Source: Eledone cirrhosa (Eukaryota). From it: a stretch of DNA of 64,000 nucleotides. The DNA lies in the NCBI GenBank assembly GCA_964016885.1, contig OZ024741.1, positions 217,248,001 to 217,312,000 on the forward strand, read 5' to 3'. Positions within the stretch are counted from its first letter, which is position 1. Each line of letters starts with the position of its first letter. The translations under genes and the position numbers were made by a program. Under the pieces are notes generated by a model that had not been told where the DNA came from, searched no databases, and saw nothing but the letters and a program-made list of their open reading frames with translations. Positions 28,348 to 41,924 of this stretch are shown piece after piece.

Positions 28348-28650
28348 ATATAAACAAGGTTTAGCAAATAATGAAAAAGTTTCAAAATAAATTTTAAAAA
28401 ATTGACTTTACCTACTATAGTTACCTTTACCGATCGGTTTCGAATCCCAAAAATAAAACGGAGACCATACGGCCTTCGTTGCAAAGAAAGATTCTCGTCA
28501 GAAGGTTCTTTTCATTCAAAGAATATAAAATTCCTGAATTTAAATCACAAACTAGCGCTATCAAAACTCTTCCTTAACTATAGTAGGTAAAGTCAATTTT
28601 TTAAAATTTATTTTGAAACTTTTTCATTATTTGCTAAACCTTGTTTATAT
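28348..28650. mobile_element. Fold-back with ~76-bp arms enclosing a hammerhead
   Basis: 28348-28423 is the reverse complement of 28575-28650. Confidence 0.75.
28423..28506 (-). ncRNA. Type I hammerhead ribozyme motif with extended stem II
   Basis: Minus strand reads acctt CTGACGA gaatc...gattc GAAA ccgatcgg TA aaggt. Perfect core, G-C closing pair, palindromic stem III. Confidence 0.8.
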
Positions 28651-28654
28651 ATAT

Positions 28655-29467
28655 CATCATCATCATCATCATCATCATCAACGTTTAACGTCCGTGTTCC
28701 ACGCTTGCATGGGTTTGGACGGGGGTAGTCCCACTTGAGGCAAGAGTGATTGTCTTGCTCGCATAGGACTGTCTGGCAGGTTTTCTACAGTTGGATGCCC
28801 TTCCTAACACCAACCACATTTACAGTGTGGGTCTGGGAGGTTTTTACCGTGTTGCCTACACGGCCACATTACAGCGTGGACTGTGTGTTTTTTTGTCGTG
28901 ACACCTACACGATCTCATTTGTTTCGGCCTCGATGGCGCGGCACCAACATAACTTTACATAGAACGGGGTGGTGTGGATCGGGTGGGGGTGGTGGTGGGA
29001 CGGGGTGTATTTTGTTAGAGATGCCTACTGGCTGGAGTAGGTTTTACTATATATTTAGGTAAGGCGGGTCTTCTCTGTTACTGAGTACCGCCAAAGGTCT
29101 CGGTCCAGTGACATTGTCTTGGAGAGGTGTAAGTGTGTGATGTCGGAGTTTATCAGCTCGTCCCAGGTTTTTCTAGGTCTGCCTATTCCGTGACTACCGT
29201 CTATCTTTATTGCCCTGCACTTTGTTATACAGCTATCGACTTTCATGCGCATCACGTGTCCATACCAACGTAGCCTTCTCTCGAGTAAACAACATCTGAT
29301 CCCTCTTATCTCTAATTTTTTCCTTAGTTCGTTTATGCTTTGCCGTTCACGTATATTACTGTTACACATCCAGCGGAGCATGCAAGCTTCGTTCATCTCT
29401 AGTCTGCGTATATCCTCTGCACACAATGCCCAGGTCTCACTGCCATGCAGCATTGCTGTTCGTATGC

Positions 29468-29470
<3 letters not shown>
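28655..29470 (-). mobile_element. RTE 3' fragment
   Basis: MLHGSETWAL..RRLRWYGHVMR..GRPRKTW plus UTR and (CAT)n tail. Confidence 0.85.
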
Positions 29471-29529
<59 letters not shown>

Positions 29530-30734
29530 GTAGTCTGGGGTGCTAAGTCTAAATTTGCTTGTAATTTCTTCACTAAACTACAATATATTACTGTGTATCA
29601 CAAGAATGTATTTGATGCAAAGGTGAAAGTTTATGACATGGTCCAAAAACAAAACAAAAAAGACACAAAAACAAAACAAAGATATGTCAAAGGTCACAGA
29701 GCTAAGACAAAGTTACAATAACTGTAAAGCCTTTTTGTCTGTCACACAGGCTACACCAAAAGTTCTCAAACTTTATGGCCCCCCGACCCCCTCCTGCCCA
29801 CATAATACCCTCAGTACCCCTTCACTCTTATTTCCAGAGACCTACACGCAAATTGTAAATAATATATAATGGTTTCTACTTTTGGAACAAGGCCAGCAAT
29901 TATTCCAGTGCATTACTGGTACGTTATTTTATTGACCCCGTAAGGATGAAAGGCAAAGTTAACCTCGGTGAGATTTGAACTCAGAATGGCAAGGGCCGTA
30001 ACTCTATGCGTCAAAGCAATACTGCCACTCCACCACTGTGTAAATTGTAAATAATATATAATAAATAAAATCGTTAATTTATATATAATAATTAATATAA
30101 TATATACTATGTATTAATAAATATTTTATATTTTTTGAAAAATAATAATTATGAAATTATTGTGTAGAGTGCTCAGGTGCACTACAACTCATCAAAGGTG
30201 CATGTATAGTACATAGAATAATTGTTTCTACTTTTGGCACAAGTCCAGCAATTACCCCAGTGTATTACTGGTGCTTTATTTTATTGACCCTGTAAGGATG
30301 AAAGACAAAGTTAACCTTGGTGGGATTTGAACTTAGACTATAAAGGGCCGCAACTCTATGTGTCAGAGCACGGTGTCCGACCCTCTACCGATACTGCCAC
30401 TCCACCGCCGTGTAAATTGTAAATAATATATAATAAATAATATAATATATACTATGTATCAATAAATATTTTATATTTTTTGAAAAATAATAATTATGAA
30501 ATTATTGTGTAGAGTACTCAGGTGCACTACAACTCATCAAAGGTGCATGTATAGTACATAGAATAATTGTTTCTACTTTTGGCATGTATAGTACATAGAA
30601 TAATGTACAAATGTCAGGAAAGTGAACAGTGATACTCATATGGATACCAACTGTATCAATGTAGCAGTAGATTACTGGTACGGACTGTTTTAGATGATCA
30701 ACTTACAAACAAAACTAACGAATGGCCTCTTGGA

Positions 30735-33700
30735 ACGTAAAGGAAAACCATGATATTGTTGGGGAGAAGTGTGTCCGTAATGATAATGGTGTACTTGCCC
30801 TCACTGATGCTGATAAGAAGATAGCCTGGAAGTGTCACTACGAGAGACTATTAAATGAGGAGAATAAATGGGAAAAAGGTAGTCTGCCACAAATCGATCC
30901 AATAGAAGGACCAGCGGTGCAAGTTAAAGGTAGTATAATAAGTAAGGCAATCAAAGATATGAAGACAGGCAAGGCAGCTGGGCCTTAGGAGATAGTTGCT
31001 GAGATGTTGAAGGCATCTGGAATAGTGGGACATACTATGGTCACCCGTATAGTTAACCAAGTAATACAGAATGGGGTCATACCAAAAGACTGGCGTAGCA
31101 GCATCATCATTAACTGCTACAAGGGTAAAGGGGATGCTCTAGATAGAGGAAACTATAGAGGCATTAAGTTAGTTGACCAGGTCATGAAGGTCACAGAATG
31201 AGCTATAACGCAACTAATCAGAGAGCGAATTGATCTAGATCACAGGTTCTCAACCCATTTAGACCAAAACTTTTGTCCCTCGAAATCACGAAACGCCCCC
31301 CTACCCTATTTTTCCATTTTTCAATATACTACTGATTTTAATATCAGTAGATTACTAAAAAATTGATTAACAATATTCCAAAAATACCATTGCAGGCAGC
31401 TGAGAGTATAAATACATTCCTTGAAAGGAAATATATAAATTTAAAAAAAAGGAACATAAATGTTCTTTTTTATGAATAAGGACCAGTTGAATTTGTTATA
31501 TTGCCACCAGGCGATACCAGCTATTTTGAACATTTATATAAGAGCAACTCTGTCTATCCCAAGAGTGCTCTTATCTGCAAGAAAGTGGCAATTATATCAT
31601 TTCAAAGCTTTCCAATTTTCCCTTTAATGAAATGGACAGAATAAATGTTGATATCTAACTTGATGTCCCCTCTGCTTTGTGAGCTTAGAGACCACGGAAG
31701 AGGGTTTTCATGACCATGCGGGAGGGTATATTCATTAGTAAACGGTAAAATATATACAACAAATGAGTAAGTGAATTGTAGTAGATGGTTTCCAGTCCAG
31801 TCAGACTGCAACTACAAATAAAAAAATTGTTAATTTGCTTTGTAACAATAGCATATCCAAGTTTTCGGATAAATCAACTTACTTTAACTTTGACCTCATT
31901 TCAATGGGACCCTTGAGCTTCATGGAGTCTAGCTAACTCTTTAACGTCAGGCTGAATTTTTGTAAGATGTAGCCAGAGATCTCCACGTGTAATTACATAG
32001 TTATGCTATCTGCATGCTCATTCAAATGCATTCCCACTGGCTGTCTCAAAGACATATAAATATGGCTTATAAAACTTACCAAAGTAAAGAGCCTTCCAGC
32101 ACTCCTCTAGCGCCCCCCCCCCCCCAAAGCTGCAAACGCCCCACTAACACACCCCTAGAGTTCCGAACCGCCCCCGGAGGTGCATATGCCCCCCTTGAGA
32201 ACCTTTGATCTAGATGAAATGCAATTTGGGTAAAAGTACCACAGACACTTTTTTCCTTGTACGACAACTACAGGAGTACCTAGCTAAAAGTAAACTCTTC
32301 TACTTAGCTTTTGTAGACCTGGAGAAAGTCTTTGACAGAGTCCCCAGCTCCATTATCTGGTGGGCTCTTAGAAAATTAGGTGTAGATGAATGGCTTGTGA
32401 GAGCTATACAAGCTATGTATAAAGAAACAGTCAGTAAGGTTAGAATTAACAATGAATATTGTGAAGAATTTAGTGTAAAAGTTGGTGTTCATCAAGGCTC
32501 TGTTCTTAGCCCCCTCCTATTTATTATTGCCCTTCAGGTTATAACAGAGGAGTTCAAGACCAGCTGCCCATGGGAACTCCTATACGCAGATGATCTAAAG
32601 CTCATAGCTGAATCAATGGCTGAACTAGAGAAGAAATTCCAAACATGGAAGCATGGCCTAGAATCAAAAGACCTTAAAGTTAACTTGTCTAAGACTGAAG
32701 TTCTAGTTTGTAGAAAGGAAAATAGGGCACAGGTGCCCCCAGGGAAATGGCCATGCTCAGTGTGTAGGAAAGGAGTAGGCAGAAATTCAATTTTATGTCC
32801 CAAATGCAAAGTATGGGTACATAAAAGATGTAGTGGGATCACAGATAAACTATCTAAGAACGTTGACTTTATATGTGGCTGATGCTCAGGTGCAATAAGT
32901 AGCAAGTGTCCACAGGATACTAGCTCCTTCTATTGCCCAGATGGTTCTATAGAAATAGTGGACACTTTCCGTTACCTGGGTGACGAAATCAGCAGTGGTG
33001 GAGGGTGTTCTGAAAGTACAGTAGCCAGAGTCAGAATAGGATGGAAAAAGTTCAGAGAGCTTATACCGCTGTTGGCCACAAAAGGTTTCTCTCTAAAAAT
33101 GAAAGGCAGATTGTATGATGCCTGTATACGAACAGCAATGCTACATGGCAGTGAGACATGGGCATTACGTGCAGAGGACCTGCGCAGACTGGAAAGGAAC
33201 GAAGCATGCATGCTCCATTGGATGTGTAATACGTGAATGGCAAAGCATAAATGAACTAAGTGAGAAATTAGGAATAAGAGGGATCAGATGCTGTTTACTT
33301 GAAAGAAGACTACGTTGGTATGGTCACGTGATGCGCATGAAAGACGACAGCTGTATAAAAAAGTGCAGGGCGATCAAAATTGATGGTAGTTACGGAGTAG
33401 GTAGACCCTAGAAAAACCTAGGACGATCTGATAAATTCCGACCTTACACACTTACACCTCTCTAAGACAATGTCACTGGACCGAGATCTTTGGCGCTACG
33501 CAGTAATACAGAAGACCCGCCTTGCCTATGTACAAAGCGAAACCTAACCTACAGTCAGTAGGCACCTCTTAACCAAATATACACCCCAATCCACTACCCC
33601 TACCCTATCCTTCAACTTCCACCAACACCACCCTCTCTCTGTAAAGTTGGTACCACAACATCCAGTCCAAATAAATGAGATAATGAGATTGAGATCGTGT

Positions 33701-33960
33701 AGGTATCACGAGAAAAAAAACACACAGTCCATGCTGTAATGTGGTCGTGTAGGTAACACGGTAAAAAGTTCCCAGTTCCACACTGTAAATGTGGTTGGTG
33801 TTAGGAAGGGCATCCAGCCGTAGAAAACCTGCCAGATAGTCCTATACGAGCGAGACACGGTCACCCGACCAACTTTGCCTCAAGTGGGACAACTCCCATC
33901 TAACCCATGCTAGCGTAGAAAATGGACGTTAAATGAAGATGATGATGATGATGATGATAC
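30735..33960 (+). mobile_element. 5'-truncated RTE LINE with 3' UTR and (GAT)n tail, interrupted by a hAT element
   Basis: RT motifs including LLYADDL at ~32580; the frame resumes after 32207. Confidence 0.88.
31241..32207 (-). mobile_element. Internally deleted hAT (Charlie/Buster-type) DNA transposon
   Basis: TIRs ca(c/a)aggttctcaa; 8-bp TSD atctagat at 31233-31240 and 32208-32215; minus-strand C-terminal remnant GDLWLHLTKIQPDVKELARLHEAQGSH*. Confidence 0.85.
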
Positions 33961-34370
33961 CCTCAGTAGATCCGACAGAGGAACCAGCTATTGAGATTGA
34001 TGAATATAGGGTCCAAGAGGCGATTAAGGAAATGAAAAATGGTAAGGCTGCTGGACCGCCTGGGATAGTTGCTGAGGTTCTGAAGGCATCAGGGGACGTA
34101 GGCACTAAACTGGTTGCACGCATCATCAATCAGGCTATATATGGTGGTGTCATACCCAAAGACTGGTGCAGCAGTATTCTCATAAATTGCTACAAAGGTA
34201 AAGGGGATACTCTGGAGAGGAGCAATTATAGGGGTATAAAACTGATGGATCAGGTTATGAAAGTGGCAGAAAGGATATTAGCACAACTAATTAGAGAAAG
34301 GGTCAAAGTAGATGAGATGCAGTTTGGTTTTGTGCCTGGGAAAAATACAACAGATGCCCTCTTCTTGAGA
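33957..34370 (+). mobile_element. RTE RT fragment, close to 26080-26490
   Basis: DPTEEPAIEIDEYRVQ...QFGFVPGK; cut off by the Penelope-like fragment. Confidence 0.85.
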
Positions 34371-35591
34371 AGAATAAGCCGAATAGAGGGGTTGTTCGGA
34401 AAATTGGATTTGTGATCCTTCAGGGTAAAGTGGGGAGAAATAGGGTCTAGAGGTTCGGTCCGGTCCAGGATGTTGAGATCAGAGGTGATTTTAAACCCAG
34501 CATCGTTGATTTCATTGATGACGCACCGATTAGTTTTACGGTAATCCTTAGTTACAGCATTATGTAGTAGTTGATGGTAAGTACTGCGCTCCACTTGATA
34601 TAGGTTGCCAGTTTTGTCGGAATGGACGTGCACGGCATTAGAATCCTTAATAGAACGAATTCTATTCTTCAGGTCCTGCTGGAAGGAATTGCTCCTATTC
34701 CGAAATTTGATACTCTGTATGAGTTCCAAACCATCATTTTCGAAGGGTAGCAATGCTGGGTTACATGGAGAGTTATTATAGGTTTTAAACCCAAATTTAT
34801 CCTGTTTGTTGTCTGCTTTTCGCGGATTATCGAAATAAAAACACGCCAACGCAACCTTTTAATGAACACGTCTGCTTTTTGTATCAGGAGTTTTAGGTAT
34901 GTTTTCCTGCTTGGTACGCGTATGTTCTTTGTAGAAATATTCAGATGTTGTTTCTGCATGATGAATATAAGTCAATAGAGTGCTCAACCGAGGGAGCCAA
35001 ATAGTAATAATAATAAATTTGAAGACTAAAATTACTTTATTCTTAACTCTGTAGCGGAGAATCATTCGGTTTCCTAGTTAGAATTTTAGTCTACGACTTC
35101 GGTTATACCATTTACGTGGTTTTGTCTTTGTGTGCAATTATTCTCCACACTCTACATATGACGTATTATGTTCGTTTTTTCCATTCATTGCCAGAGAACG
35201 TCTCTATGAACCACCTAAGAGAATATTAGTCTACGACTTCTTTTATACCATAAACGTGGTTCTGTCTTTGCGTGTAATTGTTTTTCACCGCTCCTATTAA
35301 TGACGTATTATATTTGTTTTTTCCCGTTCTTTACCAGGGAACGTTTCCATGAACCAAAGTATCGTCTTCCTGTCTTCCTCGGGTTGCAACGTTTTTTGAA
35401 ATATTCACTTCTGCATTTACAGATTGACTTTGTTAGTTTCAGAAGATCCCGTTAAGGGTGAAAGCAGTGATTCTTTGCTTAAACTTTAATCTGTTTTTTA
35501 ATAAATATTTGCTCTATGGTTCTTATATATTTGATATATATTTATCCTTATCGAGCCCTCTTTGGATTTTAGTCTTAAAATTTATTATTAT

Positions 35592-35596
<5 letters not shown>
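34370..35596 (-). mobile_element. Penelope-like element (probably Naiad-type), N-terminal RT region plus inverted terminal segment; frameshifted and truncated
   Basis: Translations STKNIRVPSRKTYLKLLIQKADVFIKRLRW / FGFKT..PFEND..IQSIKFR..FQQDL..SDKTGNLY..TLKDHKSNFPNNPSIRLI match the PLE N-terminal DKT and KDHK..P.RLI motifs. A ~30-bp inverted repeat pairs ~35000-35030 with 35567-35596. Confidence 0.75.
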
Positions 35597-35641
<45 letters not shown>

Positions 35642-35682
35642 TATATATATATATACAGTATATATATATATATATATATACA

Positions 35683-35722
<40 letters not shown>

Positions 35723-36234
35723 TATATAGAGGTATATATATGCAGTATATAGAAGTATATAAATAATAATAATTATGAAATTATTGTGTACTACAACTCA
35801 TCAAAGGTGCATGTATAGTACATAGAATAATTGTTTCTACTTTTGGCACAAGGCCAGCAATTATCCCAGTGTATTACTGTATAGTACATAGAATAATGTA
35901 TAAATGTCAGGAAAGTGAACAGTGTATATATAACATTTAATATAACTTTCTATTTAATATATAACATTTAATGTAGAGGTATATATATATATATATAAAC
36001 AGTATATAGAGGTATATATATATATACCTCTATATTAAATGTTATATATACCTCTATATACTGCATATATATCACTCATATGGATACCAACTGTATCAAT
36101 GTGTAGATTACTGGTACGGGCTATTTTAGATGATCAACTTACAAACAAAACTAACGAATGGCCTCTTGGAACGTAACTCGTTTATAAGTTTGGGACTTCT
36201 ACTGTATATATATATATATATATACAGTATATAG

Positions 36235-36280
<46 letters not shown>

Positions 36281-36285
<5 letters not shown>

Positions 36286-36600
36286 TAAAAAGGAAAAGAA
36301 AATGCTGACAAATTTTTCCCAGTGAAAAATAGTTTAATTAGGAATAAGTATAAATTAGTAATAAGTATTGGTTAGTATTCAGTTTTAGTTTTAAGATTTT
36401 ACTGGTTGCGCATTTCTAATGCTTTTCAAAAATAATTTTGAGATAGAGCGCTCGTGATGCATTAGAAATGCACAACCGGTAAAAACTTAAAACTAAAACT
36501 GAATACTAACCAATACTTATTACTAATTTATACTTATTCCTAATTAAACTATTTTTCACTGGGAAAAATTTGTCAGCATTTTCTTTTCCTTTTTACTAAT
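36281..36600. repeat. Fold-back with ~140-bp arms next to (TA)n
   Basis: 36281-36422 is approximately the reverse complement of 36458-36600. Confidence 0.8.
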
Positions 36601-36643
36601 ATATCACAACTCGTGTGTCACACCTCTATTTTTTTAAATATAC

Positions 36644-36737
<94 letters not shown>

Positions 36738-37554
36738 TATATATATATACAGTATATAGAGGTATATATCACATTTAATAATGAATTTAAATACTGTAAA
36801 GCTAATGACAATATATTGTTAAAGAAAAAAGTACTTTTTTAATTCTGTGAAAGCAGAATGTTATCCCATATCATAGGTATGTTTTTAGCTTGTTTTTATG
36901 CTGCAAAAGAAGGTATCCAGGGCCCGAAACAGCCCACAAAAATTTCAAACTCGGACAACATTTTTTTCTCTGTGAGAATGTTCGTATTTGTGGAAGTTCA
37001 TAAGTAGGGTGTTCATACGGTGGGGACTTACTGTGTATATAAATACGAAAGGCATTGGGTAATTCTGAAATTCTTAGTAAATATAGAAATGTAATAAAAG
37101 TGATGAAGATCGTTGGTATAAATTCAACATCCTCCGGCCAGCGTCTATCTCACTCAATGAATCTGCCAAATTGCAGTAATGCAGCTCCAATCAACTGTTC
37201 AGAGTGCACACATTTAGTTAACAGTAGATACGTTGGCTGTATTTAGGTAGAGATACATGTAAATATCTCATTTCCTGGACAACATCGTTTTGTGTAATAT
37301 AACTTCACAAAGGCAGAAATATAGAAACAGAAATATAATAAAAGGCCGACAATTTTCAAAATATGGGTACAACAAATATAACAGAAGAAAATATATTTCA
37401 ACATTGTTTTGTTTTATAAAGAGGGTATTTGGCCCTAAAATATCAAATGTATTTTAACATAAGATTTCAGGGCCAAATACCCTCTTTTCAAATGTGGGAC
37501 TGAAACAGTTCACACACACACAAACAAACACACGCACACACATACACACATATA

Positions 37555-38975
37555 TTTTTTATTTATTTATTAGGGCAGGTAAAATTCCTGAGATCCATGG
37601 GTGAGTTCTCTCCAGCGGTCTCTGTCCTTCATTATTGCCGCTATGTCCTGCATCTCCCAGACATCAGTATCTGTCCTTAGGGCATCAACATATGTCAACC
37701 TCAGTCTCCCTTTTCCAGTGGATCTGTGTAGGGGTTCCGACAGTGCAGTGTCAACTCTGAATGTTGGTGAGCATGTCCAGCTTACCTCAGTCTCCTCGGT
37801 CACTTTCAAGCTGGCTTTTGTGAGGCTCCCGTACAGCTCTGAGTTTTCCATCCTCAGTGTATACTGATTAATGTTCAGAGCCATCCTCAGCATTCTCATG
37901 TAGCATCCATTCACCATTTGAGTGAGTGTCTTGGTTAGTGTCCAAGTCTTAGACCCGTACAGCATCACAGACTCAACTTAGCGATGAAGAGATTGATCTT
38001 CAGGTCTTTACAATGGTCATATTTCCACACCGACCTCAAACTGTGACACGCCACCCAGGCTTTGCTCTTCTTCTCTACTACATCATCCTCTGTGTTCCCA
38101 ATCTTTTCTCCTAGATACAGGAAGTCCTGTTCTCTGGCTCCTTGATGTTCTCCACCAGATACTTCAACTTCCTCTCATTCATTCTCAGCCCCATACTCAT
38201 CGACACAGTTGCCATCTGTTGCATCAACGCTTTTGCCTCCTTCACTGTGTTTGTCACCAGAGCTATGTCAGCAAATTCAGCATCTGATATCTTTTTGGCC
38301 TTAACTCTCCTGCTCTGATCCAGTGCTACAGGGAAGCCTGAGTCCTGGTTTTTCTCCAGTACAAGGCGCATACAATAGTCCACTATGATGATGAAAAGGC
38401 AGGGAGTCAATACTCTGGAGAAGATGGGGTGACATCAGAGATGATGAAGAGGTGTGATTTTGATGATATCCTGGAGTTCTGTAACCAGGTACTGGAGAAA
38501 GGAGTTGCTCTACATCAGTGGGGGATCAGTAACAACGTCCAGGGCCAAAGAAGGGATATCTCTCTGACACCAACAACTACAGGGACATCTCACTGACACC
38601 ACTTGTGGCAAAGACCCTCGAGTGGATTATTCTTATCAGGATCCTGCCTGAGATGGAGAAGAAGCTGAAGGACAACGAGAACGGCTTCTGAGAGGAAAGA
38701 TCAACCACAGGTCACACCCTGATGAGGAGGTAGATTCTAGAGGGAGCTAGAGCAAAGAGTCTTCCTGCTGTAATGGTTATTCTTGACTTCAGGAAGGCCT
38801 TTTATTCTATGGACCAAGACTGCCCAATGAAGATCTTGCAGGCTTATGGAATCCCCAAGAAGATATTGAGTGGACTTGATAGCACTGCTTTACACCAACA
38901 CCAGAGTCAAAGTCATCAAACCTGACAGGATAATGTAGTTCTTTGAGATACTGGCTTGTGTGCTCCAGGGCAATA
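37555..38975 (-). mobile_element. Decayed RTE-like LINE of a second family with an inverted 5' half
   Basis: Minus 38410-37570 carries TPCLFIIIVDY..EFAD..LYGSKTW and a (TAAA)n tail. Plus 38415-38975 carries NYRDISL..NGF..DFRKAF..VLQG. Confidence 0.75.
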
Positions 38976-38999
38976 CATACATACACACACACACACACA

Positions 39000-39046
<47 letters not shown>

Positions 39047-39868
39047 AGGGATATTCTAACAGCAGAGGTTTAACAAGCTTTTGACGCCAGATCGATACAA
39101 ATCAAACCTTATATATATATAATGAAGGAAGTGTGGTAAGGAACCAGGTAGACCATAATGCACCAGAGTTCAGATCTAGCTGTCGCAACAGCCAGAGCTC
39201 AGCCATCGGGGATCCTGACTCTTTTCCTATATATATATATATATATACACACACATATATATCTATATATATTCTTAGAAAATGTAGAAATTTCATCATC
39301 ATCATCATCGTTTAACGTCTATCTTCCACGCTAGCATGGATTAGACGGGAGTTGTCCCACTTGAGGCAAGATTGGTCGGGTGACCGTGTCTCGCTCGTAT
39401 AGGACTATCTGGCAGGTTTTCTATGGCTGGATGCCCTTCCTAACACCAACCACATTTACAGTGTGGACTGGGAACTTTTTACCATGTTACCTACACGGCC
39501 GCATTACAGCGTGGACTGTGTGTTTTTTGTCCATTGATATGAATACTAATTGGTTAAAAAATTGGGTAAAAATCCCCATAGACAGAAAAAGGAAAATGAA
39601 TCTCTGTATCAACTTTGTTGTGGCCACTGGCCTCTTTTTTCTATCCTCACCTTCACTGCACAATGCCATCTGTTGACGACCCTGCCACCAGCATAAAATG
39701 TGACCTGACCTATCCCCAACCAGAGTTTGAGGTGTACAGAGTTCTTATAAAAGAAACAAAAATAACATAAAATTATTGCAAAATATATTTTATTTTTGAA
39801 ACAATTACATTTTCAAGATTTTCATACACACACACATGCGCATATATCATCATCATCATCATCATCAC

Positions 39869-39927
<59 letters not shown>

Positions 39928-40397
39928 TATATTTATATATTATATATTACAATTCAGATAAATGAGAAATTGGTTTTCATCAGAGTTCTTGCGTGACTTT
40001 GGTGTGTCTCCAGAGATTTCTTAATATTCACTCTAAATAGCTGTAGCTGCAAAAGAGAAAAATTGAGGCTTTATTGGTTGTGACCCCAGATTTTATAAAA
40101 GGAATGATATAACAAGTTATTACCAGTGTATTATTGCTATTGCTAGACTGAACAAAACAAAATGGAACTTACATACCACCCCTGCTTTGGTTATAGGAGA
40201 TTTATTGGGTGATTTAATGATAAGGAGCCCAGTCCTATCATGTAATAATTCACTCTAATGTTGGTTTAGCTGGCCTCCTATAAAGTTGTTTCTTAAAGGA
40301 GGTTTATTGGGTGTTTTAATGATAGGTGGCCCCCCAGTCCTATCATGGTATAACTCACACCTGTGTAGGTTTAGCTGATTTCCTACAAGGTTGTATC

Positions 40398-41132
40398 TTA
40401 AAATTGATGGAAGCTATAGAGTGGGTAGACCAAGAAAAACTTGGGACGAGGTGATAAAAACTGACCTTGCTTACTTACACCGCTCTAAGACAATGTCACT
40501 GGATCAAGATTTTTGGCACTATGCAGTTATACAGAAGACCCGCCTTCCCTTGCATACAAACCTACAGTCTGTAGGCACCTCTTAACCCAATATACACCCA
40601 CCCCACACCCCCTACTCCATCCTCCCATTTCCGTCCACTGTAAAGTGGTCATGTAGGTGTCACGACAAAAAAGCACGCAGTCCACGCTGTAAAGTGGTCA
40701 TGTAGGTGTCACGACAAAAAAGCACGCAGTCCACGCTGTAAAGTGGTCATGTAGGTGTCACGACAAAAAAGCACCCAGTCCACACTGTAAAGTGGTCGTG
40801 TAGGTGTCACGACAAAAAAGCACCCAGTCCACGCTGTAAAGTGGTCGTGTAGGTGTCACGACAAAAAAGCACCCAGTCCACGCTCTAAAGTGGTCATGTA
40901 GGTGTCACGACAAAAAAACACCCAGTCCACGCTGTAAAGTGGTCGTGTAGGTGTCACGACAAAAAAGCACCCAGTCCACGCTGTAAAGTGGTCGTGTAGG
41001 TGTCACGACAAAAAAGCACCCAGTCCACGCTGTAAAGTGGTCGTGTAGGAGACACAGTAAAAAGGATCCCAGTCTACATGGTAAAAAGGCTCACGTCCAA
41101 CCCATGCTAGTATGGAAGATGGACGTTAAACA
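40398..41132 (+). mobile_element. RTE 3' end containing an expanded 49-bp UTR minisatellite (~40633-41060)
   Basis: GRPRKTWDEVIK followed by ~8 copies of gtccacgctgtaaagtggtcgtgtaggtgtcacgacaaaaaagcaccca. Confidence 0.8.
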
Positions 41133-41347
41133 ATGTATCATGTAAGTCTGCCTAAGGATTATGTTAAGAGGTTAAGAGTACACTCGAAGTGGATGTGGAA
41201 TATTCAGCCACTTGTGCTCTCATTACAATAAGTAGGTAGGAGGAAGTTTAATTGATGGAAATGACTAGAACACAATTTCCTCCTTCCCTCCCCACATTTG
41301 ACATCCATTGAGGTCAATTCTTTCAATATATATATATATATATACAT

Positions 41348-41454
<107 letters not shown>

Positions 41455-41614
41455 AACTGGAATAAATGCTCTGAAATAGCGATATATATGTGAATATAGA
41501 CATAGAATATTCGAAAATATTCTGTATGTTTATAATAAACATTTTGAAGACCTAATCGCTATAGAATAGAATACGTCACGTATTACAATTAGATTCTCGA
41601 TAAAAGCAAGGGAA

Positions 41615-41657
41615 GTAATCTACGCGTTTCATTCTTTTTAGAAATCATCAGGACTAC
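41615..41657 (-). ncRNA. Minimal type I hammerhead ribozyme motif (repeat unit 1)
   Basis: Minus strand reads gtagtc CTGATGA tttctaaaaagaat GAAA cgcg TA gattac. Confidence 0.75.
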
Positions 41658-41924
41658 ATATCCAGTGCTTTTATCGAGAATGACACAGCTAGAGACTTAT
41701 AGAATACTTAGCTGTGTACAGGAACTGGTTTGAAAGAGCGGTTGCCGGTCCGGCAGAAATTAGAAACTGGAATAAATGCTCTGAAATAGCGATATATATG
41801 TGAATATAGACATAGAATATTCGAAAATATTCTGTATGTTTATAATAAACATTTTGAAGACCTAATCGCTATAGAATAGAATACGTCACGTATTACAATT
41901 AGATTCTCGATAAAAGCAAGGGAA

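Noticed and set aside
35430-35480. Hammerhead-like string cagaaga-tccc-gttaa-gggt-gaaa in the Penelope-like terminus
   Set aside because: The core is CAGAAGA rather than CUGANGA, and no convincing stem I or stem III pairing is present; at most a decayed relic.
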